Source: Acidimicrobiales bacterium (lineage in GTDB: Bacteria; Actinomycetota; Acidimicrobiia; Acidimicrobiales; SZUA-35). From it: a DNA stretch of 64,000 nt. The notes beneath the pieces were generated by a model that was not told the origin of the DNA, ran no database searches, and saw nothing but the letters and a program-made list of their open reading frames with translations. Below, in pieces: positions 44,874-52,863 of this stretch; position 1 is the first letter of the stretch; every line of letters starts with the position of its first letter. The translations under genes were made by a program, and so were the position numbers. Location of the stretch: positions 45,587 through 109,586 of the forward strand of contig JAHDCV010000003.1 in assembly GCA_020629695.1 (NCBI GenBank), written 5' to 3'.

Positions 44874-46154
44874 ATGGTTCCCACCAACTCCACCCCCCGC
44901 TGGCGCGACACCGCACTCGGCGCCTCGATCGTCCGACTGCGTGACGGCATCATCGTGCGACACTCCTTCGACCGACTGCTGGTCGCGGCCGCCGTGGCGG
45001 CACTGCTCGCCGTCACCGCCACTCGAGCCGAAGCCGAGCTCACCTCACCGCTCATGCTCGTCATGTTCGGTGCCGGTGCACTCACGATCCTCGGACATCT
45101 GACCCTGGCCCTCGTCGACGAGCTCGGTGCCCGTCGCACACGGACGTCGGTGGCGCTGCTGGCCGACCTCGATCGGCTCGATCTCCACGGGGCCCGGCTT
45201 CGCAGCATGTACCTCCGCCAACGTTCGCTCCGCTCGGTCCGGCTCTCCAATGCCGACCTGCGACGTGCCGATCTCGCCGGCGCCGACCTGACCGACGCGC
45301 GCCTCACCGAGGCGGACCTCTCGGGCGCCAACCTGACCGGAGCCACGCTCGCTGGGGCCAGCCTGTTCCGGATCCGCGGTCGCCAGGCGTGCTTCGACGG
45401 CGCCGATCTGAGCGGCGCCTCGCTCGACCGGGCCGCGCTGCGGGGTGCTCGACTCCACAAGGCGTGCCTGGTCCAGGCATCGCTGCGAGCCTCGGATCTC
45501 CGGCGGGCCGATCTCCGTGAGGCGGAGTTCTGGGGGGCCGATCTCCGCGGCGCCGATCTGCGGGGCGCCGACCTCCGCGAAGCGGACCTCACCGGCGCCA
45601 ACCTCCGCGGCGCCGACCTCCGCGGCGCGAAGATCGACGGCGTCATCGCCGAGCCGTCGCAGGTCCGCTCCGCACGTGGCGGGCAGAACATGCCGGTCGA
45701 GACCGATGACGCCATCCGCCTTCCGACGCCGGTGATCGAACTCCGCCCGCAGCCGGAACCGACGACCGGTTCGACCGCGTCGTCGGAAGCTCGCCGTCGG
45801 GTCGCCGCCGGGGCCATGGCCATGGGCGTCGCCGCGATGGCGGTCGCCGGCGTCTCGCTCGTCGCCCTGCCGACCGACGACGTCGAACCGGTGGTGCTCA
45901 ACACCGTGCAGGAACGCGCCTCGCTCGACATCGTCGGGGAGGGCGCGATCGAGCTCGAGCTGATCAGTGCGAGCGGGACCGAACTCGAGCGAGCGAGACT
46001 GCCGCTCGACCGGGACGTACTCGCTGATCGGCCGGATGTCGTCGCCGTGCGTGCCCGCTCGCTCGAGGGCGACGACATCGAGTGCGAGATCCGTCGCGGC
46101 ACCCGGGTCCACCAGGCCGGACCGGCTGTCGACGTCACCTGCGTGATGCCGTGA
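44874..46154 (+). CDS. Membrane-anchored pentapeptide-repeat protein
   Basis: ATG 44874. Two N-terminal TM helices, about 30 A(D/N)LxG-type pentapeptide repeats, a third TM, and a ~100-aa C-terminal domain. Confidence 0.8.
   Translation: MVPTNSTPRWRDTALGASIVRLRDGIIVRHSFDRLLVAAAVAALLAVTATRAEAELTSPLMLVMFGAGALTILGHLTLALVDELGARRTRTSVALLADLDRLDLHGARLRSMYLRQRSLRSVRLSNADLRRADLAGADLTDARLTEADLSGANLTGATLAGASLFRIRGRQACFDGADLSGASLDRAALRGARLHKACLVQASLRASDLRRADLREAEFWGADLRGADLRGADLREADLTGANLRGADLRGAKIDGVIAEPSQVRSARGGQNMPVETDDAIRLPTPVIELRPQPEPTTGSTASSEARRRVAAGAMAMGVAAMAVAGVSLVALPTDDVEPVVLNTVQERASLDIVGEGAIELELISASGTELERARLPLDRDVLADRPDVVAVRARSLEGDDIECEIRRGTRVHQAGPAVDVTCVMP
45171..45642 (+). repeat. Coding 15-nt periodicity (pentapeptide repeats)
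   Basis: Repeated GCCGATCTCCGCGGC-like units encoding ADLRG/ANLTG, internal to the CDS. Confidence 0.9.
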
Positions 46155-46256
46155 GGCACCGGTCGGGCCGCGACGCCGTGATCACCCGGTTCTGACGCCC
46201 CCAGGGTCACCCCGACCGCTCGCCCTCGGCGGTCCGGTCGGCCACACTGTGCACCG

Positions 46257-47471
46257 ATGAGTGCACCCATCTCGGCACCGCAGCCACCTCCGCCGCCCTC
46301 GGGCGAGGCACCCGAACTCGGGCGCATCGGCCCCGGCGGCGGTCACGCCGCAGCCGGCTGGTTTCCGGACCCCTGGGGGTCGACGACCGGCTCGGATCAG
46401 TGGCGCTGGTGGGACGGCCACACCTGGACCGCACACACCAGAGACGCCGCCGGACGGGAACCCCGGCTGCCGTCCTGGTTGTCGGTACCGGTGTTGGTCG
46501 CCCTCGTGTTCACGGTGCCGACGCTCGGATATCTCCTGTTCGCCAACCCCATGTCGGTCGTGCTCGGGCTCGTCCCGATCGCGATCGTGTGGCCGGTGCT
46601 CGCTTGGCTCGACCGGGTCGAGCCCGAACCGCTCGCCGCGAGGATCCACGCCGTGCTGTGGGGGGCGACTGTGGCCGGGTTCATCGCCGTGGTGATCAAC
46701 ACCATCGTCGATGTGGCCGCGGGTTCGACCGTCGCCGCGGTCGTGTCGGCCCCGATCGTCGAAGAGCTCGGGAAGGCCGCCGGCATTCTCTGGATGGTGC
46801 GACGGCACGAGGTCGACAGCGTCATGGACGGCCTCGTCTACGCCGGGTGGGTCGGACTCGGGTTCGCCGTGATCGAGGACATGACCTACTTCGCACTCGC
46901 TCCCGACGGCGCCCTGGTCGGCACGTTCGTGATGCGAGCGCTCCTGACCCCATTCGCCCATCCGTTGTTCACCGCCTGGACGGGCCTCGCGATCGGCCGG
47001 GCGATCGAGGCCGGTCGACCACCGACGTCGGGGTTGTGGTGGGGCCTCCCCCTCGCGATCGGATCACACGCCGCCTGGAACGGATCGCTCAGCCTCGCCG
47101 ATGCGACCGGGGAAGGCGCCATCATCGGTGTCGCCGCCCTTGCCTTCGTCGTGCTGTTCTTCGCCGCGGCGATCGCCGTCGCCCGTGAACGCCGCCGGGA
47201 GGAACGTCGCCTCGTGTCGTTGGCGCCGACGCTGGCCGCCCGCTACGGCCTCCATCCCGCCGAGTGGGAGATCTTCGGTCATTGGGACACCATGATCCGC
47301 GCCCGCAAGCAGCTCCCCCGCTCCGCCCGCCAGTCGTTCGACGACATGCATGCCGCGATGGCTCGTCTCGCTGCGCTGCACGACCGGCCGGGCGGTGTCG
47401 ACCCCGTCGAGGAACAACGACTCTGGGCCCAACTCCACCGCGCTCGTCAAGGGGCCGCGGCCGCCGACTGA
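46257..47471 (+). CDS. PrsW-family intramembrane metalloprotease with an N-terminal DUF2510-like domain
   Basis: GWFPDPWGS...WRWWDGHTWTAHT (DUF2510-like), multiple TM helices, and the PrsW motifs VEELGKAAG and SHAAWN. Confidence 0.8.
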   Translation: MSAPISAPQPPPPPSGEAPELGRIGPGGGHAAAGWFPDPWGSTTGSDQWRWWDGHTWTAHTRDAAGREPRLPSWLSVPVLVALVFTVPTLGYLLFANPMSVVLGLVPIAIVWPVLAWLDRVEPEPLAARIHAVLWGATVAGFIAVVINTIVDVAAGSTVAAVVSAPIVEELGKAAGILWMVRRHEVDSVMDGLVYAGWVGLGFAVIEDMTYFALAPDGALVGTFVMRALLTPFAHPLFTAWTGLAIGRAIEAGRPPTSGLWWGLPLAIGSHAAWNGSLSLADATGEGAIIGVAALAFVVLFFAAAIAVARERRREERRLVSLAPTLAARYGLHPAEWEIFGHWDTMIRARKQLPRSARQSFDDMHAAMARLAALHDRPGGVDPVEEQRLWAQLHRARQGAAAAD

Positions 47472-48949
47472 CCGGTCGCCAACCGTTCGTCGAGGAGCGC
47501 CTCGACGCCCGCATGCGGATCGTCGCCGAGCTCGGTCTGTGCTCGGCGGAGTTCACCGACCAACGCGACGAAGACCTCGTGCAACGCGGGGTCGTCGATC
47601 CGATTGTCGATCTCGAGCGGGTCGGCAACGAGGTCGAACAACTCCAGTTCGGGTGGCTCCGACGGCCCGCTCGCCCCCGGTTGGCCGAGCGGGTCGTTGT
47701 AGTAACAGATCAACTTGTGGGTCCGGCTCCGCACGCCGTAGTGCGCCGGCACGTCGTGGCTCGCGTCGTGGTGCATCCAGTAGCGGTAGTACATCGTGGT
47801 CGGCCAGTCGGCCGGGGTGTCGCCGTCGAGGAGCGGCGTGATCGGACGGCCTTGGACGTGGTCGGGCAGACCGATCCCGGCCAGGTCGAGCAAGGTGACT
47901 CCGAGATCGACGTTCACGACCAGCTCGTCGGTCACGACGCCCGCCGCGACCCGAGCCGGATAGCGGATGAGCAGCGGCATCGTCAGCGACTCCTCGTACA
48001 TCAGGCGCTTGTCGAACCACCCGTGATCCCCGAGGAAGAACCCCTGGTCGGAGGTGTAGACGACGACGGTGTCCTCCGCGAGTCCGCACTCCTCGAGGTG
48101 GTCGAGCAGGCGCCCGACCCCCTTGTCGATCGATGCGACGGTCCGGAGGTAGCGCTTGATGTAGCGCTGATACCGCCAGTCGATCTCGGCCTCGCGGTCC
48201 AGACCCGGTGGCACGGGTGCGCCGAGATCGATCATCGGGTGCAGGTCCATCATCCGCATGCGGACCGCCTGGACGACCTCTGCCCGCCCGACGAGGTCGT
48301 CACGGAACGTGTCGGGCTCGGGAATCGTCACGTCGTCGTACAGCGTGGCGAACTCGACGGCCGGCTCCCACGTGCGGTGTGGGGCCTTGTGATGACAGAA
48401 CAGGGCGAACGGGGCGTCGTCGTCGATCTCGCCGCGCTCGCGGTCCGAACGCCACCGGTCGATCACGTCGATGCAGTCATCGGTGATGAGGTCGGTCACG
48501 TAGCCACCTCGTTCGACGACCCGCCCCTCGGCTTCGAGCATGACGGGGTTGTGGTAGTGACCCTGCCCCGGCAACACACGCCACGAGTCGAAGCCACTCG
48601 GATCGTTGCCCGGGCCGTGGCCGAGGTGCCACTTCCCCACGATCGCCGTCCGATAGCCGGCATCCCGCAGAGCGGTCGGCACGTTCCAGAGCGAGTTGTC
48701 GAGCGGCGTCGTGAGCGTCGTGACGCCGTTCACGTGGTTGTAGGTGCCGGTGAGGATCGCTGCCCGGCTCGGGGTGCAGATCGAGTTGGTGCAGAACGCC
48801 GAATCGAATCGCATGCCCTCGTCGGCGATCCGGTCGAGGTTCGGCGTCTCGTTGATCCGAGAGCCGTACGCCGAGATGGCGTGGGCGGCGTGATCGTCGC
48901 TCATGATGAACAGCACATTCGGACGACATCGTGGAGGGTCGGCGGTCAC
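47447..48949 (-). CDS. Cys-type sulfatase (arylsulfatase family)
   Basis: NVLFIMSDDH and the formylglycine motif CTPSRAAILTG. GTG 48949 was chosen as the start. The track ORF to 49402 crosses the intergenic region and the opposite-strand small gene. Confidence 0.88.
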   Translation of the reverse strand: MTADPPRCRPNVLFIMSDDHAAHAISAYGSRINETPNLDRIADEGMRFDSAFCTNSICTPSRAAILTGTYNHVNGVTTLTTPLDNSLWNVPTALRDAGYRTAIVGKWHLGHGPGNDPSGFDSWRVLPGQGHYHNPVMLEAEGRVVERGGYVTDLITDDCIDVIDRWRSDRERGEIDDDAPFALFCHHKAPHRTWEPAVEFATLYDDVTIPEPDTFRDDLVGRAEVVQAVRMRMMDLHPMIDLGAPVPPGLDREAEIDWRYQRYIKRYLRTVASIDKGVGRLLDHLEECGLAEDTVVVYTSDQGFFLGDHGWFDKRLMYEESLTMPLLIRYPARVAAGVVTDELVVNVDLGVTLLDLAGIGLPDHVQGRPITPLLDGDTPADWPTTMYYRYWMHHDASHDVPAHYGVRSRTHKLICYYNDPLGQPGASGPSEPPELELFDLVADPLEIDNRIDDPALHEVFVALVGELRRAQTELGDDPHAGVEALLDERLATGQSAAAAP

Positions 48950-48977
48950 GGGTCGAAGTGTCGCACGGGTGCACCGT

Positions 48978-48991
48978 TCACAGAAATGTGA
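48978..48991. promoter_or_regulatory. Inverted repeat TCACA-GAAA-TGTGA in the divergent intergenic region
   Basis: 5-bp arms with a 4-nt spacer, in a locally AT-richer 210-bp gap. Confidence 0.25.
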
Positions 48992-49034
48992 CGGTTTGAT
49001 GTCGACGCTGCGCGGCGGGCCGCCCACGCAGGGT

Positions 49035-49054
49035 GCGAATTCGGCGAAATTCGC
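49035..49054. promoter_or_regulatory. Inverted repeat GCGAATT-CGGCGA-AATTCGC
   Basis: 7-bp perfect arms with a 6-nt spacer, in the same intergenic region. Confidence 0.3.
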
Positions 49055-49159
49055 GCGCGCATTGGGTAATCCGACTTGCACACAACGCCCGAACGGCAGT
49101 ACCGTCGTCACACAACCGCAACACGTCCACCGCCCCCGCCAGGCAAAAGGAACCCGCCC

Positions 49160-49354
49160 GTGTCGCTTCTCAGCACCGCACTCTTCGCCATCGGCGTTCT
49201 GATGATCGCTTCGTTCGTCTGCACGCTCGCCTACATCTCGTCGCACATGCTCACCGAGACGATCCGCGCCAATGCGCGCCGCCGGGAGATCGAGGCCGCC
49301 CGTTCGGCTCGCCAGCACGAGCGCATCGAGCAGCCGGTCGGCGTCTCGGTCTGA
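49160..49354 (+). CDS. Small single-pass membrane protein (64 aa)
   Basis: GTG 49160 is preceded by AAAGGA 8 nt upstream. It has a TM helix LLSTALFAIGVLMIASFVCTLAYI and then a basic helical tail. Confidence 0.5.
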   Translation: MSLLSTALFAIGVLMIASFVCTLAYISSHMLTETIRANARRREIEAARSARQHERIEQPVGVSV

Positions 49355-49450
49355 CACCTCGCCGTACCGACGGCGATGAGGGAGCCGTCCGGCTGAGCCC
49401 ATAGGGTCTCGGGGTCGACGATCGGCCCGCCGGCCGCGCTGGAGTCCCCG

Positions 49451-50668
49451 ATGCCCCTCCCCTCGCTGTCCAAACTCGCCGAACAGAACCCCTGGGCGAC
49501 GAACCCCTGGTTCGAGACCGTCGCCGTTGCACAGCAGCGTGCGAAGAAGCGCCTGCCGTCCTCCGTCTACGGCGCACTGATCGCCGGCGCCGAGGCCGGG
49601 GTGTCGATGAACGACAACCTCACGGCCTTCGACGAGCTCGGCATCCGACCCATCACAGCCGGGCAGTCCGCCAAGCGTGAGCTGGCGACGACCGTCATGG
49701 GTCAGTCACTCTCGATGCCGGTCATGATCTCGCCGACCGGCGTGCAGGCCGTGCACCCCGACGGCGAGGTCGCCGTCGCCCGGGCCGCCGCCGCTCGAGG
49801 CATCCCGATGGGGCTCTCGTCGTTCGCGTCGAAGCCACTCGAGGACGTCATCGATGCCAACCCGTCGACCTTCTTCCAGATCTACTGGGCCGGCGATCGC
49901 GACTCGATGGTCGCCCGGATGGAGCGGGCGAAGGCGGCCGGTGCCGTCGGCTTGATCCTCACCCTCGACTGGTCGTTCTCGCACGGCCGCGACTGGGGCT
50001 CTCCGGCGATCCCGCAGTCGATCGATCTCCAGACGGCGCTCGCGCACGCTCCGGACGTCGCCCGTAAGCCCGCGTGGCTGCTCGACTGGGTCCGCTCCGG
50101 TGCGCTGCCCGATCTCGGTGTTCCGAACTTCGTCACGCCCGGCGACCGGGTGCCCGGGTTCTTCGAGGCCTACGGCGTCTGGATGGGCACACCGCCGGTC
50201 ACCTGGGACGATGTCGCCTGGCTCCGTGAGGAGTGGGGTGGCCCGTTCATGGTGAAAGGCATCAGCCGGGCCGACGAGGCCCGCCGAGCCGTCGATGCCG
50301 GCGCGACCGCCATCTCGGTGTCGAATCACGGCGGCAACAATCTCGACGGTGCGCCCGCACCGATCCGTGTGCTGCCCGAGGTCGTCGACGCCGTCGCGGA
50401 CCAGATCGAGGTCGTGATGGACGGCGGCATCCGCCGCGGCTCCGACGTGGTGAAGGCCGTGGCCCTCGGCGCCAAGGCCGTCCTCATCGGCCGGGCGTAT
50501 CTCTGGGGGCTCGCCGCCAACGGCCAGGCCGGGGTCGAGAACGTGCTCGACATCCTCCGGGGCGGCATCGACGCCACCATGTTCGGCCTCGGCAAGGAGT
50601 CCATCGAGGACCTCTCCCCCGACGACATCGTCGCTCCGGAGGGGTTCTTCCCACCTCGCATCGGCTGA
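49451..50668 (+). CDS. mftD: FMN-dependent alpha-hydroxy-acid dehydrogenase family, MftD-like (pre-mycofactocin synthase candidate)
   Basis: N-terminus NPWFETVAVAQQRAKKRLPSSVY, SVSNHGGNNLDG, GGIRRGSDVVKAVALGA and GQAGVENVLDILRGG match my recollection of MftD/LldD1-type sequences. Confidence 0.8.
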   Translation: MPLPSLSKLAEQNPWATNPWFETVAVAQQRAKKRLPSSVYGALIAGAEAGVSMNDNLTAFDELGIRPITAGQSAKRELATTVMGQSLSMPVMISPTGVQAVHPDGEVAVARAAAARGIPMGLSSFASKPLEDVIDANPSTFFQIYWAGDRDSMVARMERAKAAGAVGLILTLDWSFSHGRDWGSPAIPQSIDLQTALAHAPDVARKPAWLLDWVRSGALPDLGVPNFVTPGDRVPGFFEAYGVWMGTPPVTWDDVAWLREEWGGPFMVKGISRADEARRAVDAGATAISVSNHGGNNLDGAPAPIRVLPEVVDAVADQIEVVMDGGIRRGSDVVKAVALGAKAVLIGRAYLWGLAANGQAGVENVLDILRGGIDATMFGLGKESIEDLSPDDIVAPEGFFPPRIG

Positions 50669-50670
50669 CG

Positions 50671-51864
50671 GTGTCGGCGCTGTTTCCCCGCCGCGACCGG
50701 TTCGAGCTGCCCGACGGAGTCGTCTACCTCGACGGCAACTCGCTCGGCCCGCTGCCCCTCGGTGTCGCCGAGCGGGCGATGGCCACCATTCGGGACGAGT
50801 GGGGCGGCGAGCTGATCCGGGCGTGGAACTCGGCGGGCTGGATGGACGCCCCGCGACGGGTCGGCGACAAGCTCGCGCCGATCATCGGCGCCCCGGCCGG
50901 CTCAGTCGTCGTCGGCGACACCCTCTCGATCAAAGTCGTCCAGGCCGTCGCCGCCGGGTGCCGTCTCCGTCCCGGACGCACGACGGTGCTCTCCGACACC
51001 GGCAACTTCCCATCGGATCTCTACGTCACCCGATCACTGCTCGACCAGCTCGACGGCGAGCATCGACTCCTCACCGTCGATCCGGAGCAGGTCGCTGACC
51101 ACCTCGACGACGAGGTCGCCGTGTTGCTCCTGACCGAGGTCGACTACCGCACCGGCCGCCGCCACGACATGGCCGCGCTCACCGAGGCCGCCCACGCGGT
51201 CGGCGCGATCGTGGTCTGGGATCTCGCACACTCCGCCGGTGCCGTCCCGCTGGACGTCGCCGGCTGCGGCGTCGACCTGGCCGTGGGCTGCACCTACAAG
51301 TATCTCAACGGTGGGCCCGGCGCCCCGGCGTTCATCCACGTGCGACCGGACCTGGTCGACGAGGTCGAGCCGCTGCTCGCCGGCTGGCTCGGCCACGCGG
51401 CACCGTTCGCCATGGAATCGACCTATCGACCGGGCGCTGGCATCGAACGGCTCCGAGTCGGCACCCCGCCGGTCGTGCAGATGGCGATGCTCGACCACGC
51501 GCTCGATCTGTGGGTCGACACCGACGTCGCTGCGCTGCATGCCGCCTCGATCGAGCTGAGTGAACAGCTCATCGCCGAGGTGGGGCGCCGATGCCCGCAA
51601 CTCACGCTCGTGTCACCGAAGGACCCGGACGGGCGCGGCTCTCACGTGTCGTTCGCCGCCCCGATGGCCGAGCAGATCATGCAGGCACTCATCGACCGCG
51701 ACGTGATCGGCGACGTGCGACCGCCGAGCCTCCTCCGCTTCGGCATCACGCCGCTGTATCTCGATGCCGGCGACATCACCGCGGCGGTCGATGCGCTGGC
51801 CGACATCTTCGAGACCGACGCGCAGCACGACCCGAAGTACGCCGCCGCCCGAGCGGTGACCTGA
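50671..51864 (+). CDS. kynU: Kynureninase
   Basis: GTG 50671, 2 nt after the mftD stop. VYLDGNSLGPLP and the PLP-Lys context GCTYKYLNGGPGAPAF. Confidence 0.88.
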   Translation: MSALFPRRDRFELPDGVVYLDGNSLGPLPLGVAERAMATIRDEWGGELIRAWNSAGWMDAPRRVGDKLAPIIGAPAGSVVVGDTLSIKVVQAVAAGCRLRPGRTTVLSDTGNFPSDLYVTRSLLDQLDGEHRLLTVDPEQVADHLDDEVAVLLLTEVDYRTGRRHDMAALTEAAHAVGAIVVWDLAHSAGAVPLDVAGCGVDLAVGCTYKYLNGGPGAPAFIHVRPDLVDEVEPLLAGWLGHAAPFAMESTYRPGAGIERLRVGTPPVVQMAMLDHALDLWVDTDVAALHAASIELSEQLIAEVGRRCPQLTLVSPKDPDGRGSHVSFAAPMAEQIMQALIDRDVIGDVRPPSLLRFGITPLYLDAGDITAAVDALADIFETDAQHDPKYAAARAVT

Positions 51865-51868
51865 GCCG

Positions 51869-52852
51869 TCAGGCCTTGCGGGCCAGCACCAGACCGAAGT
51901 CCTCGGCGTGGTCCGTGAACCACTCCAACCCTTCGAAGCCCACATCGGTGAGCTCCTCCGAGAGGCGATCGGGGCGGAACTTCGTGGACACCTCGACCCG
52001 CAGTTCCTCGCCCTCGCCGAATTCGACGTCGAGATCGAGCCGTTCGATCCGAGCGCTCATCGGCATCCGCGCCCGGAGCCGCAGGTCCATACGTTCTTCT
52101 TTGGCGTCCCAGAACGGGATGTAGTCGAAGGCATCCGCATCGAGATCGGCGTCCATCTCGCGGTTGAGCACGGTCACCACGTTGCGGATGAACGCCTCGG
52201 TCACGCCGGTTGCGTCGTGATAGGCGTCGACGATCCGGGAGACCCGCTTCACGAGGTCGACCCCGAGCAGCAGCGAGTCACCCGCTTCCAGGGAGTCGGC
52301 GATCGCACCGAGGAACGCTCGGCGCTCCTCGACGTGGAAGTTGCCGATCGTGCCACCGAGGAACGCGATCAGGCGGGTGCCGCCCTTCGGCAGATGGCGC
52401 AGATGGCGGGTGAAGTCGCCGACGACGGCATGGACGTCCGCGTGCTCGTACCGCTCACCCAGCATGGCACCCGCGTCACGCAGGGTCTGCTCGGACACGT
52501 CCATGATCACGATGTCCCGGAGCTGACCGGTCTCGGCGAAGGCGTCGAGCAGTGTGCGCGTCTTGTCGGAGGTTCCCGAGCCGAGTTCGATCACGGTGTC
52601 GGCACCGGTCGATGCGGCGATCTCGCCGGCACGGCGCCCGAGAATCGAGCGCTCGGCCTCGGTCGGGTAGTACTCCGGGAGCCGGGTGATGGCGTCGAAC
52701 AAGTCCGACCCGCGGTCGTCGTACAACCACATCGGCGGGAGCGTCTTGGGGTGACCGGTGAAGGCACGTCGGATGTCGGTCGACATGGCCTCGTCGGCCC
52801 AGTCGGCGGGGAGGTGCACATCGACATGCACGGGGGTGGACGCGTCGGACAT
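51869..52852 (-). CDS. egtD: L-histidine N-alpha-methyltransferase EgtD
   Basis: TLPPMWLYDDRGSDLFDAITRLPEYYPTEAERSIL and ELGSGTSDKT (SAM site). Confidence 0.9.
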   Translation of the reverse strand: MSDASTPVHVDVHLPADWADEAMSTDIRRAFTGHPKTLPPMWLYDDRGSDLFDAITRLPEYYPTEAERSILGRRAGEIAASTGADTVIELGSGTSDKTRTLLDAFAETGQLRDIVIMDVSEQTLRDAGAMLGERYEHADVHAVVGDFTRHLRHLPKGGTRLIAFLGGTIGNFHVEERRAFLGAIADSLEAGDSLLLGVDLVKRVSRIVDAYHDATGVTEAFIRNVVTVLNREMDADLDADAFDYIPFWDAKEERMDLRLRARMPMSARIERLDLDVEFGEGEELRVEVSTKFRPDRLSEELTDVGFEGLEWFTDHAEDFGLVLARKA

Positions 52853-52863
52853 GTGGGGACCTC

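Noticed and set aside
45171-45642. Regular 15-nt DNA periodicity that could be mistaken for a tandem repeat array or CRISPR
   Set aside because: The period is 15 nt with no spacers, it is entirely in-frame, and it encodes pentapeptide repeats. It is not a CRISPR array.
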